Counted from the whole stretch's first letter, positions 39,247-52,900 are shown. The stretch is DNA of 63,990 nucleotides, filler included, from Fonticula-like sp. SCN 57-25 (GCA_001724245.1; 3 parts of 3 records of this genome joined end to end with filler, not necessarily neighbours in it); one strand, 5' to 3'. Notes: a model not told the origin generated them from the sequence alone. Translations and numbers: made by a program.

Positions 39247-41937
39247 ATGGACCTGACCTTTCGCAAGCCCAAGGCGCGCCAGCTGCGCAAGCGCGACGAG
39301 TCCGAGCAGCCCGAGGAAGACACGGCCATTCCGTCTTCCTCGGCCGTGAACACGCCGACCCCGTCCATCAAGCGGCCAACATCGACGCCGGGGACGCCCG
39401 TCACCGCAAAGGCCGCGCCGTCGGGCCCGGCGCGCGTTCTCAGCTTTGCCGACGATGACGAAGAAGCGGAAACGAGCGACGTTGTTGTGTTGAAAAAGTC
39501 GGCTGCGAGCAAGCGCATGTCGGCCGGCGGCGCGGCAGCAGCCCTCCAGATCCCCGCGTTGTCGACGCCGCCGCCGGCCGCCGCCTCGGAATCGTCAGCA
39601 CGCTCGTACTCGTCCGAGGCACTTCGTGCGCTGCGCGCCTCGACGCCAGTACGACTGTCCGCCAGCAAGGATGACGACGAGAGCGGTTGGTGTACGAGAG
39701 CGAAATTTTTTTTTGGTAATCGAACTGACGCCATGCCGCGTAGCGAATAACGGCAGGATACCCGACGCGGCCACCATCCACGCCATGCGAAAGCGCCGCG
39801 AGCAGCTTCGTAAGCTAAAGTCGATGAACGTCATTCCGCTCGAAGACGTCGATCCCGTACGCAAGCCATTTAGTCTTTCTTTATCATTTACCTTTTTTCC
39901 GTGCGCTAGGATGACAAGTACAGCGGCCGCCTGCAGCGCGAGGAGGACGAGATGGACGACGGCGACATTGACGATGCGGCGGACGGCTCGACCGTCGCGT
40001 TTGGCACTCAGTCGGCTCAAAAGGCTGCGCGCGACCGTCGCAAGGCGATCAAGGACACGCTCGAACTGTGCGCCCGCCTGCTTCTGCAAACAACCACTAA
40101 CGCAAGCTCGGTAGGGACCCGCTGGCGGTGTCGGACGAGGACAACTCGGATGCCGAGTGGGAGGAGACGCTCATTCGACGCGGCGCTATCACTGAAGAGG
40201 CGCTCAAGCCTTTGCAGCAGGCGACGTCCGACGGCAGCGTCCTCGGCAACGCCATTGAGGAGGCACGCCGCTCCGCGTCCATCGTGAACGCCGCGCAGGC
40301 CCTCAAAAGTTCGCATTTTGGCCTCTTTATTTCTGCTTTTTGCTTACGTTTTCTTGCCAGTTCCCGCCGTTGGCACGCTCCCGCAAGTGTCTGACGTCCA
40401 AATGTCGCTCGAGCGGGCGCTGCGTGACGCACGCCAGCAGCACGAGCGGCACTCTGCGCACCTCAAGGCGGCCCGTGAACAGGCGGCAAATGGCGAGCGC
40501 GTGCAGGCCGAGATTCGGCAAAAGATGGCGGCAACGTCGGCGCACCTCGCATACTACCGGCAGATTCGCGACTATCTCGAGACGCTGGGCGAGTGCCTTG
40601 ACGAAAAGATGCGCGCACTGTCGACCCACGAGGACACGATGCTGCGCCTGGATGTCGAGCGGACGCGCGCGGCCGTGGAGCGCCGCGAGTCGCAGCACGC
40701 GCGCTTCATGGCCGAGGTCGACGCCGCGATGCGGTGCGTCGTGGCGCCCGAAGCGGCTGAATCGGCGGCCGCGGCGCTGCCCAGCGACGACAACAGCGAT
40801 GCGGACAACGAAGGAGTCGCCGAGGAGGCGGAGGAGGAAACGCTGCAGGCGGCTGCGCGGCTCTTTGACGACGTTCCGGATGACCTCCGCGACGTCACTG
40901 TCGTTAGGGCGCGACTAGAGGCGTGGAAGCACCAGACAACGGATGTGCGGCTCTTTTTCTGTCGCTTGCGTTCACCGTCTAACTCCCCGCGGTAGACGGT
41001 GTACTCGGATAGCTACGTGGCGCTCTCGCTGCGTGACGTGTTTGCGCCGTTTGTCCGCTATGAGACCATTGCATGGCGGCCGCTTCGCGTACGCGGCAGT
41101 CTCATTTTTTCTCATATGATCTGACGCTTGCTTCTGTAGACACATGTGGCGTTCGAGTCTATGGCGTGGTTCAGCGCCCTGGATGGTTACGGCACCGGTG
41201 GCGCTGCGGCGGTGGAGCCTGCGGAGGAGGAACTTATTCAGCGTCTGCTCGAGCGCGTGCTGCTCCCAAAGCTGACCGCGTGCGTGACGTATGCGCTTGA
41301 CGTGATCTCGGTGCGGCAGAATATGCGGGCGCTGCAGGCGCTCGAGCAGCTAATGGACTATGACGTGAGCAAGGAGCGCGACGGGTACAAGGCGCTCGTT
41401 GCTGCCGTAGCGCAGCGACTCGGCGATGCGGTTGAGGCGGTGATGCGCACGAGCGCTGTGACGATTCCGCAGCGGCTCGACGATGCTCGCCTCGTGGCGC
41501 TGTACAACGCGGCGCAGCAGCGCATCTTTTGGCGCGCATTTCGTCTTTTCCGCGTCGTTTTGCTGTGGCACAGGCACCTCCCGCAGGACACCGTCACCCA
41601 GCTTGCCTACGACCGGCTCGCCCAGCATGTGCTCCTGCCCGCGATGGCGCGCCTCGAGACGGGCGGCGTGCAGGCGCCCGTCGGGCTGGAAGCCGCGGGC
41701 ATGCTCGAAAGGATAGTGGCGAGCACGCCAAACCGGCTGCTGAGCGGGGCCGCGGACGCAGTGCCCGCCTTCCTCCGACCCATAGAGGAGAAGGCGGTGC
41801 AGATGTCGGAGCGGGTCGCAATGGGCGGACCCGATGCGGAAGCGGCGCTGGCGAGGATCGCAGAGGTGCTCGCAAAGTTGAAAAGTTTTGAGGCCGCCGC
41901 GTCCATTTCTATGAAGATGGCCGCCAGCCGATTGTAA
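39247..41937 (+). CDS. GCFC2/PAXBP1/Ntr2-like spliceosome-disassembly factor
   Basis: LSFADDDEE, YSSEALRALRASTP, IPDAATIHAMRKRRE, EWEETLIRRG, YLETLGECLDEK, LFDDVPDDL..V..RLEAWK..YSDSYV, FESMAWF. Confidence 0.85.
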
Positions 41938-42198
41938 GATACGCACGCATTGTGTAAAAATATATAATGGTTCCGTACGATAGTATGCGATGGTGGTACA
42001 TTTGGTATGATACTGGTTCATACCTAGTATGGTGGGTCACCTTGACGATTGTCACGGTAATCTGACGGTAATCTTATCAAGAAATCCATCGAGCCAATCA
42101 GGAGCCTTGCGGGCCAATAGGAGCCAATGGCGTTCGGCTTCTCCGATTGCTTTTTTCTTCTATGGTCTGCAGGCCTGCAGGGCAGCAGGGGAAAGAGG

Positions 42199-45100
42199 AT
42201 GCGCGCGGGGGATCGGCTGCCCTCGTGCCTCCTCATCACCGCAGCACTGCTGTTGGGCCTGCTGGCGAGGGGAACAGGTGCGCTACTTTGGCTGTTTGTA
42301 TTTGCGCAAGGCGATGCTAAGAAAGGTGACCGTCGATTAACAGCGGCCCAGAACACCAAGGTTTTGGCGGCACAATCAACATCGACAAACTATGCAAGCA
42401 CAGGGACAAACTATCTCACCGGCTCCACGTACACTGTGCGGGTTTGCTTATTTTACTGCTGGGAGGAGACCTACACCAGGTCTTATTCGTACACCCTAGG
42501 GACTGGGACAACAGGCGTGACGCTGGTGGCTTACTACTCATTCAACCTTACAACGCAAGCGGTGCGTCAGGATCCCGCGATCTTGCGCGCGCTTTAACTT
42601 GCTAGGGATCCCCATAGCCAACACCTTCTCGCTTTTGCGCAACCGGCGTCCCCAAGCTGTACCTCAGCTATGGCTCCAACAGCAACACTCCCTCTTTCAC
42701 CACAACGAGTACTGCGGATGTTCCTTCGAGTCAAGTGTACGCATTGGCATTCCGATGAATCCCTGCTGACACCCGCCCAGCAACTTTCATACATTGACGT
42801 GGACTAACCAGCCCTCCCTGTCTACTTTCACGGCTCGCACGTCGCACACCAGCTATACCACAGCAGGAACTAGGTGGGTTTATCTTCCTCTCACGCCTAA
42901 CCTTCTCAACGCCGCCGTCCGGCAGTCAAACGCGGCGGTACATCATTTTTTTTCTCCGCCCTTCGCTTGGTCTGATTAAGAATTCTTACAGACGTTCATT
43001 CGCAATTTTCACTTGGCAAATACTGAAGTGCGTTGGGAGTCGCATGTGCAGCACAGCGGGGCGTACAGGCCATACCTGCTTTTCGACTACATTACATGCG
43101 ACCTGAATGCCTCCTGCTCCGGTGGCGCTTGCTATTGTAACCTATACTATTCCGGGTCAGGGACCTCGTGCACCTGTGCGCCACTGCCGTACCCATCGCT
43201 GCACATATTGATCATGTAATAGATTCCGCGTGCGCGGCAAGAACGTCTGGCAACGCTGCTTTTACGATCACAGCCACGGGCGTCACTGCCAGTGGTGCTT
43301 GCGTTGCAGGATACAATACGAGTAGCGGCATTCCCAAGGCTGTGTGCAGTAATACCGTTTGGAGCGCTGTATCGAACCCGTGCACTCGTACGATTGTACT
43401 CTTTCATCGGCTGGAATCTCACGTGGCCACTAGCATCCGCTTGTCTGGCTGACAATACTGGATCTATCGGTAATGCCAATTATCCTCTTACCAACGCCGG
43501 CCAGACTGCCACGGGCACCTGTATCACGGGCTACCTTGGTGCGGCGACGCGTCTGTGCCAGAGCAACGGCGCGTGGGCCGGTTCCGCGACGGTCTCGTGC
43601 ACTCGCCTTACCTGCCCCGCCACGACAATGGACAACGCCAACTTTGCGCTCACCAACAGCATGACGACCGGCCATGGCACCTGCCTCAACGGGTACTCCG
43701 GCTCCCCTTCAAGCGCCTGCTCTAATGCGGGCACCTGGGGCGTTGTCTCCGGTGCTTGTACTCGTACGCACACTACATAATAATTGGATGATTTGCTTAC
43801 AAACATTTGTAGGTGACACGTGCGCTGCGTTCTTGGACGACACGAACAACGTGCAGTGGCCCCAAACAAACTCGCTGACGACCTCGGTCGGCTCGTGCAT
43901 TGCGGGCTTCCAGGGCTCGCCGCAGCGGTCGTGCCAGGCCAGCGGAAGCTGGGCGTCGACCATCACCGGCAGCTGCCTTCCGATCAAGTGCGCTGCCGAG
44001 TCGCTCTTCCAGAATGCTGCATGGCCCGCGACGAACGCTGGCTCAAACGGGATGGGCTCATGCATTACCGGCTACAGCGGGACGCCCGTGCGCCCGTGCT
44101 CGATCGCCGGCGTTTGGGCTTCGTCTGTTTCGCCTGCGTGCTCGCGCAACCTCTGCTCGGTGGCGACCTTTGGTAACGCGAACTGGCCGGCCAACACCCA
44201 TTCAATGACGACGGCAACCGGCACGTGCGTTGCTGGCTACTCGGGAACCCCCTCTCGCGCCTGCCACGCCGATGGCACATGGTCCGAGGCGATCACGAAC
44301 CCGTGCGTGCAGCTGTTCTGCCCGTCAACCCAACTGAACGATGCCAACTGGTCGCACACCGCCGCGGGTACCACCTCTGTGGCGGGCGAGTGCGTCGCCG
44401 GCTACAGCGGCACGCCTACGCGCGGCTGCGACCTCACCGGCAACTGGCAGACTGTGGCTGTACCGTGCACCCGCAACCGCTGCATCGGTGTGACGGAGGG
44501 CTTTGCCGACTGGGCTGCCACCGATTCGCTCACGACGGTTTCCACGACGTGCCGGGTCGGCTACCACGGCAGCCCGAGCCGCACCTGCGGCGCCGACGGT
44601 ACCTTTGGCGAGATCATCAACCCCTGCCAGCCCATAATTTGTAGCGCACACAACCAGGATAACGCGTTATGGTCAAACGCCGATTCCGGCTCGAACGCCA
44701 CTGGTGTTTGTGGCCTCGGTTGGGCCGGCTCGCCGACGAGGGAGTGCAGCATCACGGGAACGTGGGGTGCCATTTCGTCTCCTTGCACGCGCATCACCTG
44801 CGCTGCCACCAACGACTCATCGGCCCTGGCGCTTTTCCCCGCGGCCAATGGTGGTAGTAAAGATGTGCCTGGGACATGCTACGACAACTCGTATGGTTTC
44901 CCGGCGCGCGACTGTTTCTACAACGGGACGTGGTCGGAGGTGAGGAACCCGTGCAGCTCCAACCCGTGCCCGGCCCTGCGCAACAACGGCCACGCTGATT
45001 GGGAGAGCCCTATGGCCCCCGGCATGCTTGTGACAGGCACGTGTGTGGCCGGCTACGATACGACGCTACCGCCGCCGCAGCGCATGTGCAAGGGCAACGG

Positions 45101-48100
45101 CCAGTGGGACGCAGAGATCACCAACCCTTGCCAGCCGATTTACTGCACCAAGACATCGGGAAGTTACTCTCCATTCAACGCTGATTGGCCCAACTCGGTA
45201 CAGGCCGGCTTTTCAGCCACAGGCACATGTGTTGCTGGCTACACAGGCACACCGACGCGTACTTGCTCGATTACAGGTGAGTGGGGTACTCCATCGCCCG
45301 TCTGCCAGGCGATCCGCTGCGCTGCGATCGGCAACGACGGTGCGCACAGCTCGTGGCCGCAAATGCAAGCTGGCCAGAGCGCCTCGGGCACATGCCTCGC
45401 GGGTTACGAGGGCACGCCTACGCGCACATGCAGCCTCAATGGCCAGTGGGAGGCTCTTTTGTCTCCCTGTACTCAGAAGAAGTGCCCTGCCGGCACGACG
45501 TCCAACAGCGCGTGGGAGGAGACGCTCGGTGGCCTTACGGCCACTGGCACCTGCGTGCCTGGCACGACCGGCTCGGTTACGCGCACGTGCTCATCGGACG
45601 GGGTCTGGGGCCAGATCGATGGCGCGTGCTCTGGCGTCATGTGCCCGGCCGAGACTACTGACAATGCGGAGTGGCTGGATACCCCGCAGAGCAACGTCGC
45701 CTCGGGCTCGTGCGTGACCGGCTACGGCCCCGACCCGGCGCCTACCCGCTCGTGCCTTGAGAGCGGCGTCTGGGGACCCGTAAGCGGAGCCTGCGTGCGC
45801 CTTGCCTGCCCCGGAGCAACGTTTGAGAACGCTGTTTGGCCGACGGAGAACTCAATGACGGAGGGCGTGCGTGGCACGTGCGTCGCCGGCTGGGTTGGCG
45901 CCCCGCTGCGCAACTGCTCGGTGACTGGCCAGTACTCTGCCGTGGCCAATCCATGCGTTCGTATTACATGCGCGGCCCTTGACAGCGAGACCGGCGCGTG
46001 GGCGTTGACCAACGCAGGAACGACCGGCGTACAAGGTATCTGCCCCGTCAGCACTGATGGGTCGCCCGTCCGCGACTGCGGAATGAACGGCACGTGGAGC
46101 GGGATCCTGGGCGGCGAGTGCGTTGCGCGGTTGTGCTCTGCCGAGTCGTCCGGCCTCATTGACTGGCCCGCCACGACTGCGGGCAGCGCGGTTCCCGGAA
46201 CATGCCCGACCGGCTACTTGGGAAGCCCGTCGCGCGCGTGCCTGTCCACTGGAGTGTGGGGTCCAATTGCAAACCCGTGCGTGCAGAACGTCTGCCCTGC
46301 CGTGTTTGACGGCCACGTGGCGTGGCCTACGACGCTGTCGCTGTCAGCGCCCGTTGATGGCGATTGCGAGACCGGCTACTTTGGCGCCCCATCGCGGCTG
46401 TGCGGCGACGACGGCATCTGGGGCGCGATTGAGAATCCGTGCGCTGCGCTGCTTTGCCCTGCCGTGCTTGACGGAAACGCCGACTGGTTTGCCACAAGCG
46501 CTGGGGCCGAGACGGTCGGCCAGTGCATTTCTGGCTACCATGGAACGCCTCGTCGGCAATGCCTTCTTTCGGGGGCCTGGAGCGCCAACATTAGCGACGC
46601 GTGCACGATCAAGTACGATGACTGCCCAAGCAGCACTGTCGGGATGACATTCTTTTCGCCAGCCTCGCCGGGTACAGCGAGCGAAGGCAACTGCGCCACT
46701 GGCTACGAGTTTGCCCCTGAAGGCCCACCGACACGCTACTGCCATGCCAACGGCACATGGGAAGCGACCTTTTCTCGTCCCTGTACTTTTAGTGCGCTGG
46801 TTTTGTTGTGAATTTTTCTTGCGCTAACGTTGTTTCTGCAGCCCCTATTGTCGGCGGCCAGCTGAGGAACCTGCATTGGACGAGCAAGACGTCGCATTCC
46901 GTTTCTCTTGCGTGGACGGCGGTGAATGCGACGGCCAACACGACGTTCCGGGTCGAGGTGGCGACGCTAACTGGGTCGTTTGTCGTGGCCAACATGGGCG
47001 GTACGTGGCCACCATGCATGACTTATGCGCACTTACATCATCATCAGGTGCCGTGAACATTGTCGAGCGACAGGTGGTCATTCTTGGCCTCACTCCAAAT
47101 ACCGGGTATCAGTTCCGTGTCACCCTCGGTGAAAGCTACGACTATACCGACATTGGCGCGGTGGTCATTCAAACCAAGACGTATATTCAGCGTATGACAG
47201 TTTACCGCATAACTATTGCCTTGATTGCTGACCTGCATATGATCAGCGGCGGCCTCTTTCCGGCTGGAGGTTGGGTCGCACAACTCGCTTCGCGTGAGCT
47301 GGACCGCCTCGCCTCAAGGCGCCTATTACGAGCTGTGGTACCGCACGCTGGCGACCCGCGCGGCGTCGGACGGTTTTACTTTATTCAGTCAGCTCGGAAG
47401 CGGTGCGCTTTTTGTGTGCTACTTGCCTGCGTTTCTAACGAGTCGCGTAGCTTCAACCGAGGCAACGATAACCGGGCTTTCAGCCTCGCAGTCGTACGAG
47501 CTGTTGCTGCTTGCGGGCCGCGACGGCGAGACGGAGCAAGTCGGCGTGCGCATGACGGCGACCACATCACCATCAGAGAACACTGCCGACAATAATGGTG
47601 CGATATCCAATTTTGTTGACGTGAATCCGTGCGCTCATGTGGGTTGCTAGGTAACACCTTGAACGGCGAAGTGTCAATTGGTCTGATTGTCGGCGCTGTT
47701 GTGGGCGGTCTTGCCCTCATTGTCATCATTATTGTGCTGGTGCTGTACGTGCGCGGCCGCGACCATGTGGTGGACCGCTCCAAGGCGGGTGTCTTTGGCA
47801 GCATGATGGCTCTGGTGCGATTTCATATTCAATGGACACGTTTGCTCACCTCTGTTGTATGCAGAATATGCTCAGATCGTACAGCGATGGCCCGGGGTCA
47901 GGCGACATTGGCGGGAATTTGGATGCCTCTTTGGATGCTTCTTTGGAATCATTTTCTGCTGTGGTACCCGCCTCGGCCTCCTATGCGTCGCGCGCATATG
48001 TCCCGCATAGTGCTCTCGCGCAGGAGGAGCAGGATCAGCCTCCCGAATACGACTATGTTGCTGCCGGCCCTGTCGACACCAAAGGCGATGGCAAAACTGG

Positions 48101-48365
48101 CCTGCCTTCCAGCCACGTGGGAGAGAAAGAAGCCATGGAGAAAGAATGGCAATCTGCAACGTTGCAGCCGGATTCGCGCATGACAACCACCGCTTCGTTG
48201 ATGCCGACGACTGATCTTTATCCGTTTTATTCTGCTGACGACGCGTCGCCTTCGTCGGCACAACCGGCAAGTTCGTCGACAATGGCGCGGAGCAACACGC
48301 GATCGGGCGCAAGTGGAGTTAAATTACATAGCTCCGACAAAGGCGCAACATTTGATCGCAAGTAG
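42199..48365 (+). CDS. Large type-I membrane protein: signal peptide, N-domain, EGF, 21 tandem 4-Cys HRM/sushi-like repeats, 2 FN3, TM, low-complexity cytoplasmic tail with PPxY
   Basis: Multi-exon model with GT-AG introns. Repeat consensus C-x(8-12)-W-P-x-T-x-A-G-x4-G-x-C-x2-G-Y-x-G-x-P-x-R-x-C-x3-G-x-W-x(6-8)-C; TM IGLIVGAVVGGLALIVIIIVLVLYV; tail ends TFDRK*. Confidence 0.88.
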
Positions 48366-48445
48366 ATGACGGCATCAAACTTGGTCTTTATTGACGCTGA
48401 AAGTATGACTATTGCCAGTAGTTTAACGAGACCACCCTTATATAT

Positions 48446-48690
48446 TGTTTGTATTGGTAATGACGTTTGCTCTTCTTTCGTTTATATCGACGTGGTGATG
48501 ATTAAATCTCACTCACTCAGTGATGATACTAATATGTGAATTATATCTGGCCGACTATAGGCCTTTTGTATTTTTTTGTATTGGTAAAGACATTGCTCGT
48601 CTTTCGTTTTATACTATCGTGGTGATGAAATATTCCACCCACTCAGTGTTGATATATTAATAAATGCATTATATCTGGCCGACTTTAGGA
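48446..48690. repeat. Diverged tandem duplication of a ~125-bp unit
   Basis: Both copies share GTATTGGTAA, TCTTTCGTTTATA, CGTGGTGATGA, CACTCAGTG and ATTATATCTGGCCGACT. Confidence 0.8.
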
Positions 48691-48840
48691 TGCAAACTTT
48701 TTGCCACTGCAATGGAGCCAGTACTGTGCCGACCTTCCAACGACCAATGAGACATCAGCCATATCAAGAGAGTAAAACACAGCGTCAAACGACAAAAGTT
48801 CTAATTTTATGTTTACCATTGCCATATAATACAGAGTTGT

Positions 48841-51163
48841 TCATGCGTCATTCTTCCTCTTTCTCTTTGCCTGCGGCCTCGCGTTCGCCGCCCCCTTATC
48901 CCCCTCCTGCCCCCTCCTCTCCATCCCCCTCAGCACCGCCCTCACCGCCAGCGGCACGGACAGGGTCGCCCCCAGCACTGCGTTCACCGTCTCGGCCGTG
49001 CCCGCCGGCGGCTCCTCACCAGCCGCAAAGAACGCCTCGCACGTGACCGCCCCGCCGCGCGCCACGCGCACCTGCAGCGACACGAACGCGTCGCCGAACG
49101 GGTGGCAAAACGTCACGCTGAGCAGCGACGGCGCATCGCCACACACCTCAATCGCGGCCATGTGGTCGTGGGCGGGCTCTTGTTCGGTGGCGGCGGCAAA
49201 GCACGACCGCACGAGCTCGTTGTAGGCGAGCTGCTGGCGAAGCAGCGACAGGATGCCGTGCACGTGGGCGGGCGATGAAAAGGGGACGCGCGCCACGGTC
49301 AGGGCAGGCGATGCGTCGCCGCCGAGAAAGTACACGTGGCCGACTGACGAGCCGGGGACGAACGTCGCGTACCGACGACCGCGACGCTACGAAAAGTAAG
49401 AAAAAATGTCCACGTGGTGAAAATCGTCGTACGATGTGCGGCAGGATGAGCTGCTCGAGGGTGGCGCCGCTCGCGGCCATGTGGGCGTCGACGAGCGGCA
49501 CGCCGCGCAGCTGAGCCGCTAGAGACGCCGAAACGCCGACGGGGGGCGACAGCTCGAGCACGAAAGAAAGCGGCGCGGATGGCCACGTGGGGAGGGGCGT
49601 GATGAAGGTGACGCCGGCGGGGAGCGCGTCCGTCCGGACCGTCTCTGTCGCGACATTCGCGCTGAAATGGTACATGTGAGACGATTTGTAAAAGTGAAAG
49701 AGCTGCGTACGTCTTGAGCGCCGCCGTGTTGCTGTCTGTGTCGAGAAAAGATGACGACCCGGCCTGAGAAAAAGGTTACTGAAAAGCTAATTAAAGTGAA
49801 AGGGCGTACGACGAGCGGGTCAACAAAGTGTGTCGGCGAGTCCGTCTCTTGTACACCAACAAAGTAATAGAAAACGCCGTCGGCCGCCTTATCAAACACT
49901 ATTACCGATCCTTAGCCGCATGTACAAAAACAAATGATGCGCACATTTGTCTGTGCGCGTCGCCCTTGGAGCCGCAAAGTACGCAAAGCAGAGCGACGCG
50001 CGGTCGTCGCAGTCGACCAGCACGCCGTGCCCGCTTCGCCGCAGCGCATCGCCATTGCCCGCCGCCGCCTCCGTCTCGCGCCGCGACACTTCCCGCATGT
50101 CCTGCGACAGCGAGAAAAAGACGTCTGTCGCGTCGACCTGCGGCCACAAACGCGGCGCGCGGTCCAGCAGCTCAATCAAGCCAAGTGTCGCACGCAGGTC
50201 GCTCGTGTCGCGCGCGCTATTTGGAATGCAGTGAGTCCAACGAGAAAATGAAAAGGAGCGTACCTTGCGGATGAGGCGAGCGCAGTTTCGAGCTTGTGCA
50301 TCCGCTGTGAAAGGGGCGGTCAGCAAGAATGAAAAAGTAGGAAATATGGCGTACGCCGTCGTCGGGGGCGGCGGTGCCGTTCGGAAAAGTGGCAGCGACC
50401 TTGACGGTCGTCGCGCGGCCGCTCTCGTCAACCGTGAACTGCATCAAGGGTGGATGAGACGAATGGTACACGAAGTAAAATGGAATACGACAAAAATGTG
50501 ACAATTACGGGACAGTGCGCGTACAACAATCAACAAATATCGTCAAAGAGCCATACATTTGTATACTCAATAACAAGCAAAAATATTAAATAGAACGTAC
50601 GTCCATGACCCATTGATTTCCCGCTAGCGTCACCATGGCCGAGTCCAGATCGACGTAGCAGCTGAGCCTAACAAGCACAACGCGCGTCAGATATGTATAA
50701 TAACTTAAATAATGCGCACTTGAGGTCGTTTGCAATGTTTTGGAGGACGCTGGCGGTGCGTTGAAATGACGCGGCATCGGATGCCGTGCCCCGCTCCAGG
50801 GCCGTCCGCGCGGCCTCAATGTGGCGACGCACGCTTGCCAACTGCCACTGTAGCGAGCCGTGGTCGCGCTGAAGCTTGAGAAAACGGCGGACCTGCTGAG
50901 GCTGAGGCTCCTGCGTGATGACGCCCATCAGATCGGTGAGGATCTTGCGCACAGATGCCAGGGGACTGGCAAACTGGCGGCGAAGGAGCGTCAAGTTGAG
51001 ACGACCAAGCGGGCTCAGTTCTGCAGATGAAAGAATGAAATCAGTTAAATAAGATATTAAAATGCAATTACATACCGCTGGGCGCCTCGTTGACGACGCT
51101 CGACAGCTCGGCGAGCACGCGCCGCGCATCCCCCAGCGCCTGCCGCACCGAATCCGCCTCCAT
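48841..51163 (-). CDS. MED1: Mediator complex subunit 1
   Basis: Multi-exon. VPFSSPAHVHGILSLLRQQLAYNELVRSCF, SFVLELSPPV and SVTFCHP match the Med1 domain. Confidence 0.8.
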
Positions 51164-51239
51164 TTTCGGCCGCGAAATCAGATGCTGACTGCGCAAAAAT
51201 GTCGAAATGATGACAGTGCAAAGTTGACACGTCTGCAAG

Positions 51240-52900
51240 ATGCTGCGTTCCGTGCTGCCGGATGTGCTCCTTGCGGCGGTCGTGGTGGCGCACGTGCTGC
51301 TCGCGCCTTACAATAAGGTAGAGGAGAGCTTTGCGACGCAGGCCACGCACGACATTATCTACAACGGCCTTGACATTGAGAGCGTACGATTGTGATGGCG
51401 CAAAGAATGCCCGCTGATCCCCTGCGCTAGTATGATCACCTCGAGTTCCCCGGCGTGGTACCGCGCTCCTTCCTCGGCCCGCTCTTCCTCTGCGCGTTCA
51501 CTTCCCCTATTGTCCACCTGTTTGGCGTGAGCAAGTTTGTTGCGGGCCTCCTTGTGCGCATCACGCTCGGCCTCCTGTTTGTGTTTGCCATGGCGCTCTA
51601 CCGCCGCACCCTTGCACCGACAGCATCCGTCATGCTGGTCATCATCACCGCTCTCCAGTTCCACATTCCTTTCTATGCGAGCAGGCTTCTTCCCAACTCG
51701 TTTGCGCTCGTAAGCGTCGTGCTTTCGCTGGCGGCGGCCAACACTGGCCGCTGGCCGCTCTTTGTGACGCTCGCGACCGGTACATTCGTCGTGTTCAGGA
51801 GCGACGCGGCCATCTTTTACGCGCCATACGTGCTGCATATGTGGATCAGCCGCAAGATGCCCGTGTACATGTCGGTCGTGGCGGCGCTTATCGCGACCTT
51901 CTTCTGGCTCGGTACGCTATGTGATTCATCATGCGCGCTTTCGACGCTGTCGTTATCTATATGGATTTGGCGCTCTATTTCCGCGATGTTTCTCGTTTTC
52001 TGATGCACTTTTCAGCCCTTTCGGTGAGCTTTGACTCTTTCTTTTGGAACCATCTTCTCTGGCCTGAAGGCGAGGTGCTCTACTTTAACGCGTACCTCAA
52101 CCGCAGCCACGAGTGGGGCACCGCGCCCTGGCACTGGTACTTTACGAGCGCCCTCCCGCGCGCCCTCGGCCCCGCGCTCCCGCTCGCCCTCATTTCGCCC
52201 TTTGTGGCGCGCACGCGCCCCGTTCTTATCGCGCCGCTCGCCTTTGTCGCGCTGTATTCGTTCCTCCCGCACAAGGAGGTCCGCTTCATCTTCATGGCCA
52301 TCCCGCTGTTCAACACGGCGGCGGCCAACGTGGCGGCCCGCGCGTGGTCGAGCGGCAAGGCGATGAGGGCGGTGCTTCTCGCGGCGGCGGTGGCGGCGGC
52401 GGCGATGACCGCGGTAGGGACCATTCGCGCGCACTACAACTACCCGGGAGGCGATGCGCTCATGCAGCTGCACAGCGCGCACGCGAGCCAGAATGGTACG
52501 CGAAAGGGGCAGTGTGTGTGCAATTTGTGTACATTTTTGTGTGTTTTTCTCAATGTGTATGTTTATGAGTGTTTTGTTGACGTGTTTTGGTTTCCTGTAC
52601 TGACATTCCATAGGCATTCGCGTCCATATTGACGTTGCCTCGGCGATGACGGGCGTGTCCCGCTTTGGCCAGGCGCGCGATGGCGACTGGATCTACAACA
52701 AGACCGAGAACCTCTCCGTGCAGGACCGCGTGGACATGTTTGATGTGCTGCTGGAGGCCGACGCGACGCCATTCGCCGACACGCATACGATCGAGTATAC
52801 GACGTCGGGCCGCGCCCAGGCGATTAGCCAATGGGGGCAGTGGGCCGATCCCGGCGCCAGCGAGATCTCTGTTCTGTGGAAGAAACAGAAGAGCATGTAA
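51240..52900 (+). CDS. ALG12: Dol-P-Man alpha-1,6-mannosyltransferase (GT22)
   Basis: APYNKVEESF, YDHLEFPGVVPRSFLGPL, FYASRLLPNSFA, WPEGEVLYFN..NRSHEWGT, YSFLPHKEVRFI, NYPGGDAL, MTGVSRFGQ. Confidence 0.95.
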
